Part shown: positions 63,377 to 64,000 of the stretch, in pieces | Numbering within the stretch: position 1 is the stretch's first letter | Layout: every line of letters begins with the position of its first letter | From: an uncultured virus (IMG/VR IMGVR_UViG_3300044491_001439) | Taxonomy: Duplodnaviria; Heunggongvirae; Uroviricota; Caudoviricetes; Kyanoviridae | Strand: one strand, 5' to 3' | DNA length: 64,000 bases | Virus record (IMG/VR): IMGVR_UViG_3300044491_001439 | Made by a program: the position numbers and the translations under genes | Notes under the pieces: generated by a model | Told to the model about the DNA's origin: nothing | The model's input: the letters and a program-made list of their open reading frames with translations, nothing else | Database searches by the model: none

Positions 63377-63404
63377 ATTGTAGTCGGTAGAGGGGCGTTG
63401 CCTA
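63377..63404 (-). promoter_or_regulatory. Early promoter TAGGCA-N16-TACAAT
   Basis: -10 at 63377-63382, GCCCCT box upstream, leader ACAAGAGAACACAAC. Confidence 0.6.
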
Positions 63405-63659
63405 TCAAAGCAGTGCCAGTGCCTCATCCGTCACAGCGTCAACAGATTCGTCAGCGTAGACCCGAACCCAAGCGATAGGGTTTCCACCTGGATAGATCTT
63501 GAAAATCATCATGTCTTCTCCCTGCCCATGCCGCTCATTCATCGAACGCCAGATGCCAGCGATCTTGTAAGCGTGGGAGATGTTGACGGCATAGTCACAA
63601 CCCCATCCATCGAAGTTGCCCCATGCTGCAGGTTGGACGGCGTAGGTTGGTTGATCCAT
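63405..63659 (-). CDS. Hypothetical early protein (84 aa)
   Basis: ORF preceded by an A/C-rich leader and TAGACT box. Confidence 0.7.
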   Translation of the reverse strand: MDQPTYAVQPAAWGNFDGWGCDYAVNISHAYKIAGIWRSMNERHGQGEDMMIFKIYPGGNPIAWVRVYADESVDAVTDEALALL

Positions 63660-63682
63660 TGTTTGTTTTGTTTCTTGAGTTT

Positions 63683-63688
63683 AGTCTA
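63683..63688 (-). promoter_or_regulatory. Putative early -10 box TAGACT
   Basis: Preceded by (GACCCT)2 and followed by leader AAACTCAAGAAACAAAACAAACA. Confidence 0.45.
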
Positions 63689-63700
63689 CAGGGTCAGGGT

Positions 63701-63913
63701 CTAATGTCTGTCGCTGATGTTCCAGTGTCCCCACTGTCCCATAGCAGGTCCCCATGATGGGAAATCTGACTCTGCCTCGCGACACTCCCGAACTGCCTTG
63801 CGACGTGCTGCCTCTGCCTGGTGTTGGCGTTGGATGTCTTCCATGACCTTCTGCATCAGGGGGGAGGGGTCACCAGTAGTGATGAACATGCCGTGGCGTT
63901 GAATGTTTTTCAT
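63701..63913 (-). CDS. Hypothetical early protein (70 aa)
   Basis: MKNIQRHGMFITTGDPSPLM...WNISDRH; promoter directly upstream. Confidence 0.7.
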   Translation of the reverse strand: MKNIQRHGMFITTGDPSPLMQKVMEDIQRQHQAEAARRKAVRECREAESDFPSWGPAMGQWGHWNISDRH

Positions 63914-63919
63914 GTCCTT

Positions 63920-63953
63920 ATTATAGGGGTTGTGAGGGGCATCGCCTGCCCCT
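63920..63953 (-). promoter_or_regulatory. Early promoter cassette: stem-loop plus TATAAT
   Basis: AGGGGCA-GGCGA-TGCCCCT hairpin (63935-63953); TATAAT 63920-63925, only 6 nt before ATG. Confidence 0.65.
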
Positions 63954-64000
63954 ATGTGACACTAAACCAAGTGGTCTGAAACCGCTTGCATAATGTCACC

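Noticed and set aside
944..63902. Plus-strand ORFs of 60-119 aa in the track other than hldD
   Set aside because: They are antisense shadows of well-supported minus-strand genes and lack recognisable motifs
63962..64000. 3' end of an upstream early ORF (...GDIMQAVSDHLV*)
   Set aside because: Only 13 codons visible; too little to call

Overview
This window is a 64-kb piece of a T4-like marine cyanophage (cyanomyovirus, probably infecting Synechococcus), almost entirely on the minus strand. Read in transcription order (right to left) it contains: (1) the end of a GC-rich early region of small, individually promoted genes ending in a PD-(D/E)xK nuclease-like ORF; (2) an intergenic junction where composition switches to AT-rich; (3) the late structural module (PAAR, gp25, gp6, gp7, gp8, a DUF4815/VrlC-like protein and many fibre/adaptor proteins); (4) gp13-gp14-gp15-gp16; and (5) the variable island after g16 carrying petE, gnd and a RimK-like ligase. 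The most striking element lies inside the tail-fibre region at about 13.0-24.4 kb. Three paralogous, extremely Cys-rich (8-12% Cys) Gly-rich fibre-tip-like proteins and a tail-assembly-chaperone-like protein are followed by a separately promoted late cassette. That cassette encodes a GT9 (heptosyltransferase-like) enzyme, two NodU/CmcH O-carbamoyltransferases and a near-complete ADP-heptose pathway (HldC, HldA, a HAD phosphatase, a cupin, and an inverted HldD). My best hypothesis is a phage system that decorates its own virion proteins with carbamoyl-heptose, possibly on cysteines, with a cupin standing in for GmhA. Host LPS remodelling and DNA hypermodification are the alternatives. All family calls come from motif recognition by eye; no database searches were run. 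No tRNA, rRNA, CRISPR array, intron or reverse transcriptase was seen.
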